Under the pieces are notes generated by a model. It ran no database searches, had not been told where the DNA came from, and saw nothing but the letters and a program-made list of their open reading frames with translations. Source: Eledone cirrhosa (lineage: Eukaryota). Taken from it: a stretch of DNA of 64,000 nucleotides. The stretch lies in NCBI GenBank assembly GCA_964016885.1, contig OZ024741.1, forward strand, positions 61,132,001-61,196,000, given 5' to 3'. A program made the translations under genes and the position numbers. Below, in pieces: positions 27,666 to 41,307 of this stretch (the first letter of the stretch is position 1; each line of letters begins with the position of its first letter).

Positions 27666-27831
27666 ATATATATATATATATACACGGGTGTGTATGATTG
27701 TGTATAGAAGATTATATTAATAAAAGGAATTCCAACTTTGTCTGATTTACTCGTTTTATTTACAATCCTTTAAAATTATAATGATATTATAATGAAATAG
27801 TATGGTAGAATATTAAATGTTAAATGTTAAT

Positions 27832-27870
27832 TGAACAAGTACTTTCATGCTTTCACAATCTTCAGGTTCA
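27832..27870 (-). ncRNA. Minimal hammerhead in a solo arm (27680-27906) of the 53361 palindrome family
   Basis: Minus strand: TGAAC-CTGAAGA-TTGT gaaa GCAT-GAAA-GTAC-TT-GTTCA. Confidence 0.75.
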
Positions 27871-28871
27871 TATTCAGTGGTGACAGTCAAGTTTGCAATT
27901 TTCATTGCATTTAGCTGTTTTAACGGTTGTTCTGGCGATGTTTATATATGTGTGTGTGTGTGCGCGCGCACGCGTGTGTGTCTGTACATATATATTCATT
28001 TATTATGGCTAAGCAGCGAGCCTTGTTTCACCTGCGCACTCGCGATGATTTTTGAAGTTTTTCCACTAATAAAACAGCGTGCAAAGGGCTGAGCGTTCCA
28101 GAGATATGAATATCCTTACCGTAATTCTCAAGAATATTCAGCGTGATACAGTATGGGACAAGCTAGCTATGTGAATTACATGTACAGTCCATCCGGCGGG
28201 CTTCAAAACAAGGCATGTCGGGGCTATGTTACTAGCTTAAGATACCACTCAATGGGTTTGAATCTGGGACTTAATGATCGTGAAGTGAACTCCTTGACCA
28301 TTCGACCATGCTGTGTTTACACTAAATATATAATATAAATAATGTTATCCAAGAAATAGAGGATGGCCGATGTAGCTTGAAACCAGTGTCGTCGCAACTT
28401 TTGATTTTTCTAATCTAAGTGGACTGGAGCAGCTTGAAATAATATATCTCCCGGTCAGAGAATCGAACATATAACCTTACGATTGTAAATCCAACACCCT
28501 AACCAGTAAGCCACATGCCTTCACTTTTTCTTATAAGAAACAATATCCCTTCAATCTTTCATTGCTTAGAACTTCCTATATTATTTTCCCCACTTGTCTA
28601 TATAGAACGTTTTCGATTATTTTCTGGGGATTAATATTTTGGTAAATATTTTCATTGGCTATCTAAATCAACGGAGGAGAAAAGTTGAGAAAATTTATAT
28701 GAGTTTCTATACATTTATGTCATATCTACACACATAATCTACTCAAGAGAAGGAATGTAGCATAGGAAAAAAAAATCAGAAATACTTGGCTAGTTATGGA
28801 AATCTTAATTATACCGTATTCAGTGTAGTAAAATAAAATAATATATGTACACATATATGTATGTATGTATG

Positions 28872-28949
<78 letters not shown>

Positions 28950-29065
28950 CATACATATATATATATAACATATAAATAACTTAGGTTAAATATTTAATCA
29001 AGTTCATATTTCTGGTGGTGATATTGGAAAGTATCCCCTGACGAGTATATATCTCCCATTTATTG

Positions 29066-29132
<67 letters not shown>

Positions 29133-29394
29133 TACACACACATAAACGCACACGTGTATATATATATATATACATTCAAACATATACATATATGCGTGTG
29201 CGTGTATACAACTATACTTCTAACGTAGTTTTCTTATCTTTTCATCGTCGTTTCCCCATTCATAATTTCCCTCCTCTGGCACTATGTAATTACCGGTATA
29301 TACATGGAAATAATATTTTGTACAATTTATCTTCCAGGATCGCATTAGTATAAGCGGATGCACAGCCACTCGTTCACACACACATGTGTGTTTC

Positions 29395-29432
<38 letters not shown>

Positions 29433-29506
29433 AAAATATAAATATATATGTATATAAATATAAATACATGTATATAAATATAAATATGTATATTTATAGA
29501 TGTATA

Positions 29507-29546
<40 letters not shown>

Positions 29547-29650
29547 TATGTATATATATATATATGTATATATATGTATATATTTATATATTTATATGTG
29601 CGTGTATATATGAATAAACATATATATATATATACATATATATATATGCT

Positions 29651-29701
<51 letters not shown>

Positions 29702-29728
29702 ATATATATATACATATATATATATGCT

Positions 29729-29816
<88 letters not shown>

Positions 29817-29826
29817 TAGAGAGAGA

Positions 29827-29901
<75 letters not shown>

Positions 29902-30445
29902 TGTGTGGTTTACACATACAATTTTATTTCAACAGAACCTAATCATTTGCACATATACACTGTTTGCTATATATTATACAAATCAGAATAGTTTCATTCT
30001 TGAGGAAAACTGTTGATAAATACATCCTCTGAGATAAGATCCTAAACATTGCGCTAATATATATTTTAATCTCGGCAAAGGAGATGTGATCATAGATTGT
30101 ATGCATATTGAAATAGTTTCCAAAAAGTTGCATTTCTATGTGACCAACGGCTAGAAATCTTATTGCAAAAATACCGGATTTAGAAGAAAACATTTCTAAC
30201 ACTCTTAACAAAAAATAAATAATTTACAAGCTAACGTGAGTAGAAAACTGAACGAAATAAGACGTGCATATCTAGATTGAAAATTTTTCTGTGATGAAAA
30301 ATAAGACGATAATCATATCAATGTTTTTTAGGTCGCTGTCAGTTCTGACGACGCGTGTTCCAGTTGTTTGATCAACGGAACAGATTGATCCTGAAAATCA
30401 CTGTCAAGTGGCCGAGCTTTCCAGAGACACATGCACCCTTGACGT

Positions 30446-30497
<52 letters not shown>

Positions 30498-30509
30498 GTC
30501 ATATATATA

Positions 30510-30672
30510 TATAGGAAAAGTGTCAGGACCCCGACGGATGAGTTCCGGCCGTTTTGACAGCTAGATCCGAACTGAGTTCGGATCTAGCTGTCGAACTTAC
30601 TCTACTACCTTAAGTATCGAGTACTCTGGTGCGTTATGGTCCACCTGGTTCCTTACCACACTTCCTTCGTTA
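30510..30672 (-). mobile_element. Family A-related hairpin element
   Basis: GACCCCGACGG arm, central palindrome CAGCTAGATCCGAACT-G-AGTTCGGATCTAGCTG, and family A tail. Confidence 0.7.
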
Positions 30673-30877
30673 TATATATATATATACATGGCCTCTACAA
30701 TAATTACATTTTTCTCCTCAAACTACTATTTGTATATGCGCTGCAATTTATGTACATGTTATGTTTATCACATATCGAAGTTTTTTTCTTATATCTTGGT
30801 TGATATTGTTTGATATATTATGTTAACCTTCATAATAAATTTTGTTGTCATGTCGTAACTTTTTCTCCACATATCTG

Positions 30878-31065
30878 GTGGATTGGCAGTATCGGTAGAG
30901 GATCGGACGCCATGCTTTGACGCAAAGAGTTACGGCCCTTTATGGTCTGAGTTCAAATCCTGCCGAGGTTAACTTTGCCTTTCATCCTTACGGGGTCGAT
31001 AAAATAAAGTACCAGTAATACACTGGGATAATTGCTGGCCTTGTGCCAAAAGTATAAACAATTAT
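30878..31065 (+). mobile_element. tRNA-derived SINE, second family
   Basis: Complete head, body and tail as at 18360. Confidence 0.8.
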
Positions 31066-31253
31066 TTGCTAATTGCTAGTATGTGTATTCAGAGACAGAT
31101 TTCATGGGTCATTTTGCTATAATCACTGTAAATGTAATATGACCTGCTTGGACTCAAATTGCATTTTCTGGCCAAAAGAGCTAAACTAATCACTACAACT
31201 AAATTGATCACATCACACCCCTCTCACTAATTCAGAAATGGTTTCACCGCCCT

Positions 31254-31353
<100 letters not shown>

Positions 31354-31358
31354 CACAC

Positions 31359-31399
<41 letters not shown>

Positions 31400-33699
31400 T
31401 ACATACATATATGCATACATATACACACATACATACATATATCCACACATATATACACAGATACATACATATAAATACACACAAGAAATATACACGCAAG
31501 AAATATACTGCTGAGAGTAGTAAACTTGTCTAAATCCTAACTAAATATTCTTCTCTCTACACTCACACTACAGAAATTCATTCAAATCGATATACTAGAT
31601 CTATATACTGAATGCAATCTAGTTTCACGTAACGCATACACATCTATCACGCTATAAATACGTATAGATAACACTGCCTATCCAAAACTTTCAATAAATC
31701 GCAATACTGATATGATATTACCATGACCAATAACTCAATTAATTCATATATGGGTCACGTAACCAATCTGAACGAGGCATCCACGACGTATAAAACAAAA
31801 CAAAAAAGGAAAACTATATATAACAATGAAAATGTAAAACGTATAAAGTGAAGTATTACATTCTCATAAGTACTCCTGATACATCAAGCTACGCAATTCG
31901 TTCTCACTAATTCCACGCACAGGAAATACGCCTAAAATTGCATCAAAACAACATTAACTGGTTACACCAATAAATATTGACCTTTATTGCTCCTCAGTTA
32001 AACTCACCACAACAAAACATTTACCTCTTTCTATAACAAAACAAGTTATCTTTAGCTAATACACCCATTTCCACTTACAACAATACAAGCATCATATTTC
32101 AATCTAGCAAACAAAGGAACACGCAAACATCATGTCACCAGTAAATAGTATCATTTCAAGACAGGGACTAAATAAAAGACAGTAAAAAATATTCCGTTTA
32201 TCTTAATACCTAATTAAGGTTATTTATCATTTTCTTATCAGCCCTACCCAAGCATCTAGATACGCCTTTACCAGCTACAAACAACTATTTCTATGACAAT
32301 AATTTAGTTGTTTTTTGTTTTTTTTACACAAATAAGAAAATATAAAATATACTCATTTCAAAAGTGGTATATGTGTGTTTACGTAGAGATCTATTTCAGT
32401 TCCGACGATGAATGTTCCTCCGTCTATTTTGACAACGAGAGTGCCAATTGCTCGAGCATTGGAAGAGCTTGTTCTAGAAATTACCCTTCAACTGACTGAT
32501 AATTCAACAGACTCTACACACTTAACATAGTTTTTGAGTGATTCGGCGCCACACAGTGTATAATGAAGTTGGCCTTATAAAGAGCGGGTATTATTCATTC
32601 TTTTACGTTGAGACATAATGTCATGTGCAACAGCACAACACGTTGTCAGGAAACGAACTCGTGACCTTAAGATAGTGAACTATACATCCCGAACCATTAA
32701 GCTACGTGCCGTCGCCATAGCAAAATTAGTATGCAATTTTATCATAAAGAACAAAAAATATATGGCATAGATTATGATGGAACAAAGATAGTACTAAATA
32801 ATTAATAAAACTCTAAAATAATCACATAACAGTCAACACAAGAAGATGAAAGATAGAGACGAAAAATAACGCTTATCATATTTAAAGTTTAAAGGTCATC
32901 TTACACACAAACACATACACACACACATATATACATGCATGTATTATGTATATATGTATATATGTCAGGTCACCAGTTGGTGCTACTGGTAACATGTATC
33001 CCAGTACAACCTGTCTCATGGCGACTAAACTGGCAACCCCACCAAGATTTCTTGGTGAGGAGGGTGACTTTGGACATCCTGCAGGACTAAAAACAAAACC
33101 TGTCAAAGGGCAAAGGAACTCCTGGGAGCTCTTAAGAGCTCTTGGAGTCAATGGCCATCCAAAACCAGCACGGCCCGCCGAAAGGCGCTGCAGTGCCGGA
33201 AAAGTCAACTTCCTGCTACTAGTATGCTGGTAAGCTAGTACAACGTATCTCCAGACGGATAGAGTTGGTCCGTAGCTTTGGTTAGCGACTACTCTAGTTC
33301 TTGCAACACGAACAATTAGGGCGAGGGTATAAATGCCAGGTTGGTATCTGGCGCCGGGTAACCCACCACACGGAGGAGAAAGCACCTTCTTCAAGACTTG
33401 GCTGTCAAATTCTTTCACATGTGTGTAGTAGTGGCGCCCACACACATTATTAGCTATTTGAAAAGATGATGGATTTCGCAACTAACTGCACCGGGGTTCC
33501 TGAATTCTGGGGCATGAGAGTGAGATCCGTCATCTCGACAGTAGTCGACGAATGAATGAATGATGATATATGTATATACATGTGTGTGTGTGTGGATGTT
33601 GTCACTTCCAGCTCGGTTAACATATGAATCGTGATAAAAGACTCCCTAGCTAGCACCACAAGCGTAGGCGAGCTAAACTAGTAGCGCAGACATTGATCA

Positions 33700-35191
33700 A
33701 AAATAAACTAACTGTCCTAGCCTCGATAATCCTGTGCACAGCGTGCATGAGGGAATAAATCGTGAGGAAATTAACTATAAGGACATAAAGATGTACAGTG
33801 AAGACCTTACCTTCGGGGCACTCACCGCACTAAGAAACTTTAGCACATGGTGTAGTAACAGCCATATTGTGACGCAACCTCGGGGAGCCCGGAAGAGTTA
33901 GATAAGACTTCAACTAAACGCACAAGTAGGAGATCTAGGTACAAGAAAATAGTGTTGTATAATCCATCCTATTCAGCGGGACTCAGAACTAGCCAGGCCA
34001 AATTATTATTTAAGCATTATATAGGTGTTTCCCCAAAACAGAGAAGCACAAGATATTTAATAGACACAATTAAGCTCTCATATACAACAACTCGTAACTT
34101 AACCCAATACATAGCTAGCATTAATCACGATAGTTTACGGAACCAAAGAAGTGAGCCAGACCGTGTGAAGGTGAGCTAATCTATGTCCAGGTCCAGCAGA
34201 ATCGAAGTAACGAAGAAAATAGGAGAATGAGTCAGGGGCTGGGAAATCCAACCCCACCAGCGACCAACCCACTGCAAATACAACATTGAGGAGCCGAAAA
34301 TGCAACTGCAGGCACTCTGATTCTTGTCCACTCAGTAACAAATGCCTACAGAAAAATCTGGTCTGCCAATGTAGAGTTACGATCCCAACCTCTACATATA
34401 TGTATGTAGGGGCAACGACGACCAGTCTTAAATACCGATGGTAGAATCATCGCCAGGCATTTAATAGCATATAGAAGCGAAATATCACAGCTCTTTTGGA
34501 GCTGATCTGGCGCCTTAAGCTAGATAAAACACAATACTCGTTAGAATGGTTCAAAATTTGTGAGATGCCTAATGACCATGGTGAGTCTGGTAGACCTTTT
34601 CTAAGTGTGATACATAAAGGAGGACCGCAGTTAATTGATAAAAGGGTGGACTTCTTCAGTACTTGTTTCCACCTGGCATCTGGACCTTCCTCAAGTAATA
34701 ATTATTTAAGAAAAACACCCCATCCTAAACTAGTATAGAAAAGGAATGTCAGTGAATACCTTACAATGTTATTTGAAGCCCGAGTATGTGACACACTGAA
34801 CCTACCATTATAATTTCCATACACATTAAGACCGCTTAACCTACCCTTAAATACTGAAGCATTCTCGACTGATTACACTCCCTGGAATACTCTAGACATT
34901 ATGCGAGCGTTGAAACAACACACATTTTCACATTGAACCTAATGCTAATAATTACTTTATACACCTAGACCCCATAGATATAAGTGATTGTGCAACATTG
35001 CCTTAAATATTGTTTCAACTAGAATTAACACTTAAACAACATAAATTAATCTAGATATTTACTAGCGATAGTATAACATACATTCCACTTTTATTTTCTT
35101 TCTCACCTTCAAATATAAATTCCTGCCTATATACATTCATAATTATATTTTTTATTTTAATCTAATATTTGTCTTTTTTTACTTATTCAAT

Positions 35192-35195
<4 letters not shown>
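33700..35195 (+). mobile_element. Decayed Penelope-like element, Hydra-clade-like (thumb, linker, GIY-YIG)
   Basis: YNPSYS..RTS..KL and IKLSYTTTRNL..YIASIN, then CNCRHSDSCPL (CxCx5C, 34301), LV..CRVT...YVGAT, LIWRLK...SLEW. Confidence 0.7.
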
Positions 35196-35240
<45 letters not shown>

Positions 35241-35245
<5 letters not shown>

Positions 35246-35740
35246 CTAAACCTTGATTATATATGTTCTGGCTCGTTAATTTATTAACCTGCTATTGAAC
35301 CACATTGGCATATGGTTGGACAATACATGTGTCCCTTAGCGCCTTGTGCGTGTAGGAACACATATCCCATTATTACTAAACTCCTCTATGTTGAGAAAAA
35401 AATTTGGTCGTTCCGATTGCTGCTAGCGATAGTGGTGGCCGATTGACCTACCTCTCTCTGCCTCTATCTTTACTTTCGGCCCTTGAAAAAATTGATTCCA
35501 CTTCATTTACTCTCATCTCGGGAACAGTTTTGGATAGCGCTAGTTCGTAATTTAAATTCAAGAATTTTATATTCTTCGAATGAAAATAACCTTCTGACGA
35601 GAATCTTTCTTTGCAACGAAGGCTGTATGGTCTCCGTTTATTTTTGAGATTCGAAACCGATTCGGTAAAGGTAACTATAGTAGGTAAAGTTAATTTTTTA
35701 AAATTTATTTTGAAACTTTTTCATTATTTGCTAAACCTTG

Positions 35741-35749
<9 letters not shown>
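35241..35749 (+). mobile_element. Pseudo-LTR-like unit with 24-nt terminal direct repeat, between (TA)n tracts
   Basis: ATTTGCTAAACCTTGATTATATAT at 35241 and 35726; contains a hammerhead. Confidence 0.75.
35589..35672 (+). ncRNA. Type I hammerhead ribozyme with enlarged loop II
   Basis: ACCTT-CTGACGA-GAATCT..AGATTC-GAAA-CCG att CGG-TA-AAGGT. Confidence 0.85.
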
Positions 35750-35808
<59 letters not shown>

Positions 35809-35818
35809 CACACACATA

Positions 35819-35875
<57 letters not shown>

Positions 35876-36032
35876 TAAAGTTTAACATACAATTGGCTTC
35901 TACATGACTAGAGGAATTCTAGTCCTGTAGAAGTGATTTCTATATTAAACATGATGTTTACACTCTACTAATGTATTGAGTACCTTACTAACTGTAGTTA
36001 CCCCTGCTTGAATCCAGGACTCTATCTCTCTC

Positions 36033-36076
<44 letters not shown>

Positions 36077-36110
36077 ATACACACACACAGACACACACAG
36101 ACACACACAG

Positions 36111-36200
<90 letters not shown>

Positions 36201-36585
36201 AAAAAGAAAATTTTGCTCTATATGGCTGAATACAATAAATGTAATCTGAGTTTTTCGAATATTAATAATTTGTTTCTACTTTAGGCACAAGGTCAGCAAT
36301 TACCCAGTGCATTACTGGTACTTTATTGCACTGGGTAATTGCTGGCCTTGTGCCTAAAGTAGAAACAATTATTAATATTCGAAAAACTCAGATTACATTT
36401 ATTGTATTCAGCCATGTAGAGTAAAAAAGAAAATTTCGCTCTTCATGGCAATAAATGTAATCTGAGTTTTTCGAATATTAATAATAACATTCGATTCGTT
36501 TGCAATTATGCAAACAAGCCTCAATTTTATAGCCATATCAGTAGAATGAACACTTCATTCTTGCTCTTATGTTGGCATGCGAACA

Positions 36586-36635
36586 GAACTGCAGATACTA
36601 ATGTTTCTGGGTATCACCCTTCATCAGTACAGCTC
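36586..36635 (-). ncRNA. Hammerhead ribozyme (left arm, AUC site)
   Basis: Reverse-complement copy of 36842-36891. Confidence 0.8.
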
Positions 36636-36841
36636 ACTGTTCACCTGCCAATCGCTCGTATACAGCAAACTGAATGGCCAGTCTGCTGATATGCAAACCT
36701 GGCTGATCAGTGGATCTGCTAATATGCAGGTCTGACTGATCAGCCAGTCTGCTAATATGCAAATCAGGCTGATCAGTCACTGCGTATTTTTGAAAATAGC
36801 ATATATTTTCACTAGCGCTGACAGTTTGGCAGGTGAACAGT

Positions 36842-36891
36842 GAGCTGTACTGATGAAGGGTGATACCCAGAAACATTAGTGTCTGCAGTTC
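36842..36891 (+). ncRNA. Hammerhead ribozyme (right arm, GUC site)
   Basis: GAGCTGTA-CTGATGA-AGGGT gat ACCCA-GAAA-CAT ta GTG-TC-TGCAGTTC; helix I extends further (GTGAACA/TGTTCAC). Confidence 0.88.
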
Positions 36892-37107
36892 TGTTCACAT
36901 GCCAACACAAGAGTAAGAATGAAGGGTTCATTCTACTAACATGGCTATAAAATTGAGGCTTGTTTGCATAATTGCAAACGAATCGAATGTTATTATTAAT
37001 ATTCGAAAAACTCAGATTACATTTATATATATAGTAATAATAATAAATGTGACGACTAAAATCCGAAGAGGGCTCGATAAGAATAATATATATGTATGTG
37101 TGTATGT

Positions 37108-37276
37108 ATATAATGAAAAATTCGGGACCCTGATGGCGGAGCTCCTGCTCTTTCACCAGCTAGATTAGAACTGAATCGCCGGTATTCGGGCGGCCAGGTT
37201 AGCGACGATTCAGTTTGGAACTAGCTGTTGAAACAGCAGGAGCTCCGCCGTCGGGGTCCCGAATCTTTCATTATAT
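37108..37276. mobile_element. Family A-related symmetric palindrome in (TA)n
   Basis: TATAATGAAAAATTCGGGACCCTGATGGCGGAGCTCCTGC ... GCAGGAGCTCCGCCGTCGGGGTCCCGAATCTTTCATTATA. Confidence 0.75.
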
Positions 37277-39233
37277 ATATATATATTCATGTATATTCCT
37301 TTTATGTATTTTCATCCTGATTTTAACTATAAGTGAATTCATATTTAATTACATTCATATCTATCCTATGTCCGTACCCCTGTAAAAAAGCATATGATAA
37401 CACGCTAAATGCTTGATCGAATATGTATCATGTTTCTCATGCTTATCCATTATCACCCTGTTAATATTGTTGTTGTTCTTGTAGCGGATATTGTACTATA
37501 TTGAACAACTCTTATCACCCCACATCACTGACATGGCTTTATAGCATACTTGTGTTTCTGATATCAAACCAGCACCAACAACAGCAAAAGGTGTTTACAA
37601 TTGCCTGAGTACTGAAATTGGCAGCCATTTCTTAGACCTGTTGCCAATAAAACACAGCACCCATCACCTGAGAGAAGGCTACTAATAAACTAGAAATACT
37701 CATAACATGTCAAGTAACCCTCTAATCATTAATGGGTGGTAGGTGTGATGAGAACTGATGATTGTTGAGCAACATTCAACCAATAATAGAAGTGGCCACG
37801 CTACAAGTGTGGCTAGCTAGGAAGTATTTTACCAATATTCTATATTAAGCAGTCTTCCTTTATTCTCATTTACTACTTTTCTACTCCTCATTGTTATTTC
37901 TCTTCGTCGAGATGCTGGACTTATAGCCCTTATCTCTTCCTGCTTTTCTAGCTTTCTCCTTTCTGTATATTTTTCTCCTTTGGCTAAGCCTTTGCATACT
38001 TGTTTCTTTTCGTTTGCCCTTCCTTTTCAGTTGACGTGCGTTGGTTTGTAGCATTTTCCATTTTTTTCTTTTTCCTTTTTTCGTCTTGTGTAATTCACCG
38101 AAGGTTACACTTGTCTTGTGTTTGTTTCTACCAATTTTGTTATGTCCCAATGTACTCTGGATTGAACAGTATCAACATTAAAGCTTCGTGGGCATTATTT
38201 AACTATATACATATATATCGGCCATTCGCTCTACTGCCTCACACATCATGGCTCTAAGAAGGATGGTTGAGGATCTGTAATGAATCACAAGAAGGAGGCA
38301 GCAATTGTATTCATAGATTTCAAGAAGGCCTTTGATTCAATAACCAAACGATGATCAAATTTCTTCTTGCATATTGGATCGTGAATGTAATTAAAGTCAT
38401 GTACGAGAATACTTCAGCTCTTGCGATGACACCTGAGGAAAACTCAGGCCTATTCCTCATAATTACTGGAGCCCTCCAAAGAGATCCTCTGGCCTCTTTC
38501 CTTTTCATGATTTGCCTTCATTATGCACTTTGTAATTCCATTGTACCATCAGACGGAATAAAGCTGAAAATTCGACAAAGCTCCCGATATCCCGAGGAGT
38601 TCTGCCTGAAATGGCTTATGCAAATGAAATAGTTCTCCTGGAAAACACCTGCAAAGAAGCTGAGAAAGTGCTACATAGAGTGAAGACCTCAGCGTAGTCC
38701 GTTGGACTCTTCTTCAATCCTGGCAAAACAAAATTCATGCATCTCAACACAACGTCAAGTAAACAAATGTATGCACTGAATGTAGATGACTTCTTGTATC
38801 TTGGCAGTTTTATGAACACAGAGCATGATGTGAACACACCATATAGGCAAGGCATAGAGGCTCTCGACTCCCAATCAAAGGTGTCGGTCCCCTCTGTCAG
38901 GAAAGCTATAAAAATGGGGTTATTCATTGCAGTGGTTGAGTCCATTCTCATCTACAGATATGAGTCATGGGCACTGATAAAAACAATCACAAAGAGGACT
39001 AATGGCACATTCACCCGGATGCTGTGAAAGGTCCAGAATACACCCTGGAGAAAGCACGTTGCAAAGAAATCGTTCTACGGCTCATATCTTCACCTTTCTG
39101 ACATCATAAGGCGTAGGAAGCTCGCATTAGACTGACATGTAAACGTCACAATGAACCTGCTGGCAGAGTTCTTTTCTGGAAACCGTGCAGACGAGTTGGC
39201 AAACCAACCATCACGCTAAAGGTTGCTCTTGAA

Positions 39234-41307
39234 CATTGGTTCCCAACCAGGGGGCCATAGCAAGTTATTGGGGGAGCCACGGGAATTAACTAAAAATCAC
39301 AAAATTTCATACATAAAAAAGAAGAGTAGTTTCCTAACAATGTTTTCTTTTTCTTGCTTCAAATTTTTATATTCAATTTTTTTATCAACTTTCTACCTTT
39401 TCTAATTATGATTTTACTTCACTTGATAATTATTTAAATCTGGATATAAAGAACAATATTGATTTGCCTCAATGTGTAACTTGTTTCAAGGTACTGGTAA
39501 ATGACTCTATTAGGCCTTCTAAGCTCAAATTACATCTTTCAAAATGTCATCCTGAACTACTTGGAAAAGATGAATCTTTTTTTAAAAGGAAATCAGATGG
39601 TTTAAAAAATCAAAAGCTTGATGTAAGTGGTACTATTCATGAGACCAAAGCCACTATTGTTGAAGCTTCCTATCGTGTTGCTTATCTGAGTGCTCAACAA
39701 AAGAATGCACATACGATTGCTGAGGAACTGATTTTGCCTTGTGCCAAAGAGATGGTTAAACTTGTTGTTGGAGAAAGTGCTTCAAAGAAGTTAAATGATA
39801 TATCCTTGTCAAATAACACAATAAAACGAAGGATAAATGATATATCGGAAGATTTGAAGGATCAAATCGTTGAGCAAATTAAGGAGTTACCATGGTTTGC
39901 ATTGCAGCTTGATGAATCAACTGATGTTTCCATGTGTTCTCAACTCCTAGTCTTCTGTCGCTATTTGTTTAATGGTCATATGAAAGAAGAGTTTCTTTAC
40001 TGTCAATCGCTGGAGGGCACAAAGAAAACAGTTGATGTCATGGAATCAATTTCTACATTTATTGACAAGCATGGAATTCTTTGGCAACGTCTCATAGGCA
40101 TAACAGCAGATGAAGCACCAGCAATGCTTGGATCAAGGTCTGATTTTAAAACACTGGTAAAAGCTAAAGCACCACAAGTAGTAGGAGTACATTGCTTCAT
40201 ACACAGGGAAGCCCTTGCATCAAAATCATTGCCTCAAAAATTAAATAATTTCTTCAAAGACATTGTCAAAATTGTAAATTTTATCAAATCATCAGCTCTG
40301 AATACTCGTTTGTTCAAACAACTTTGTGATGACCTGGGAACAAAGCATACAAATCTTCTTTACTACACAGCTGTCCGTTGGTTGTCAGCTGGTCAGTTTT
40401 GGGAAAGGTTTTTCTCGCTTCGCAATGTGGTGAAAAAGTTTGTTGAAGAGCAAAAGAAGCAAGATATTCTGGAAAAATTTCTACATAATCAATTTGATCT
40501 TTTTGCTTAACTTGTTGACATTTTCGACATACTCAAAAGTTTGAATTTAAAGTTGCAAGGGAAAAATTGCAATATTCTGTCACATACAGATGCTATCCGT
40601 GCTTTTCTAGGAAAATTAGTATTATACAAGCAAAGAGTTCACCAAGGTAATGTTATAATATTTCCAAAAATGACATCTATTCTAAATGGAGAGCAACTCC
40701 CAATGACCACAGAACTTGAAATAACTGAGCATCTGTCACAACTTCCCAGTTCTAAGTCAACAAAATCTTGAGTTGACAAGAAATCCCTTTCTTTGTGATG
40801 TGGAAGTTGTACCAGAAGCCGCTCAAGAAGAATCCCTTGAACTAATTAATGACTCAACAGCAAAGAATTTGTTTAAGACAGAAGAATTGAATGAATTCTG
40901 GTGTTCTATGAAAGTGTGCTACCCAAGAATCACTGACATGGCGATCCATGTGTTGCTGCCATTTTCATCTACTTATCTATGTGAGAGCGGGTTCTCTGCT
41001 ATGTTAGGAAATCAAAGGCAAGAAACAAATTGGCAGTTGAAGATGACTTGAGGTGTGCTCTTACCTCTATTCTTCCAAGATTCCAGAAACTAGTTGAAAA
41101 CAAACAATTACAGAAATCTCATTAATTTGTTCTTTGAAATTAAATATGTTCTTATTTTAATGTTTTTTGTTGAAAAGGGTTTATAATAAATTTAAAATGA
41201 TTTGATTGAAATAAAAAGACATGCCGAAATTTTAATTGGGGTGAGGGTGCATACTGTTTTGCTATATCATTAAGGTGGAATTTATTATAAAAGGTTGGGA
41301 ACCGCTG
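39234..41307 (+). mobile_element. hAT DNA transposon (Buster/Charlie type) with both TIRs and 8-bp TSD
   Basis: TIRs CATTGGTTCCCAACC / GGTTGGGAACCGCTG; TSD CTCTTGAA at 39226-39233 and 41308-41315. Confidence 0.95.
39464..41125 (+). pseudogene. hAT transposase (ZBED5/ZBED8/SCAND3-like), disrupted
   Basis: BED-like PQCVTC..LKLHLSKCH, FALQLDESTD, VHCFIHREALA, AVRWLS, PFSSTYLCESGFS; in-frame TAA at 40508 and later frameshifts. Confidence 0.92.

Larger units (their letters stand above)
36450..37025. mobile_element. Head-to-head palindromic mini-element with ~200-bp arms, one hammerhead per arm
   Basis: 36450-36650 is the reverse complement of 36826-37025 with few mismatches; the spacer carries 3 x 33-bp tandem repeats. 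Confidence 0.85.
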
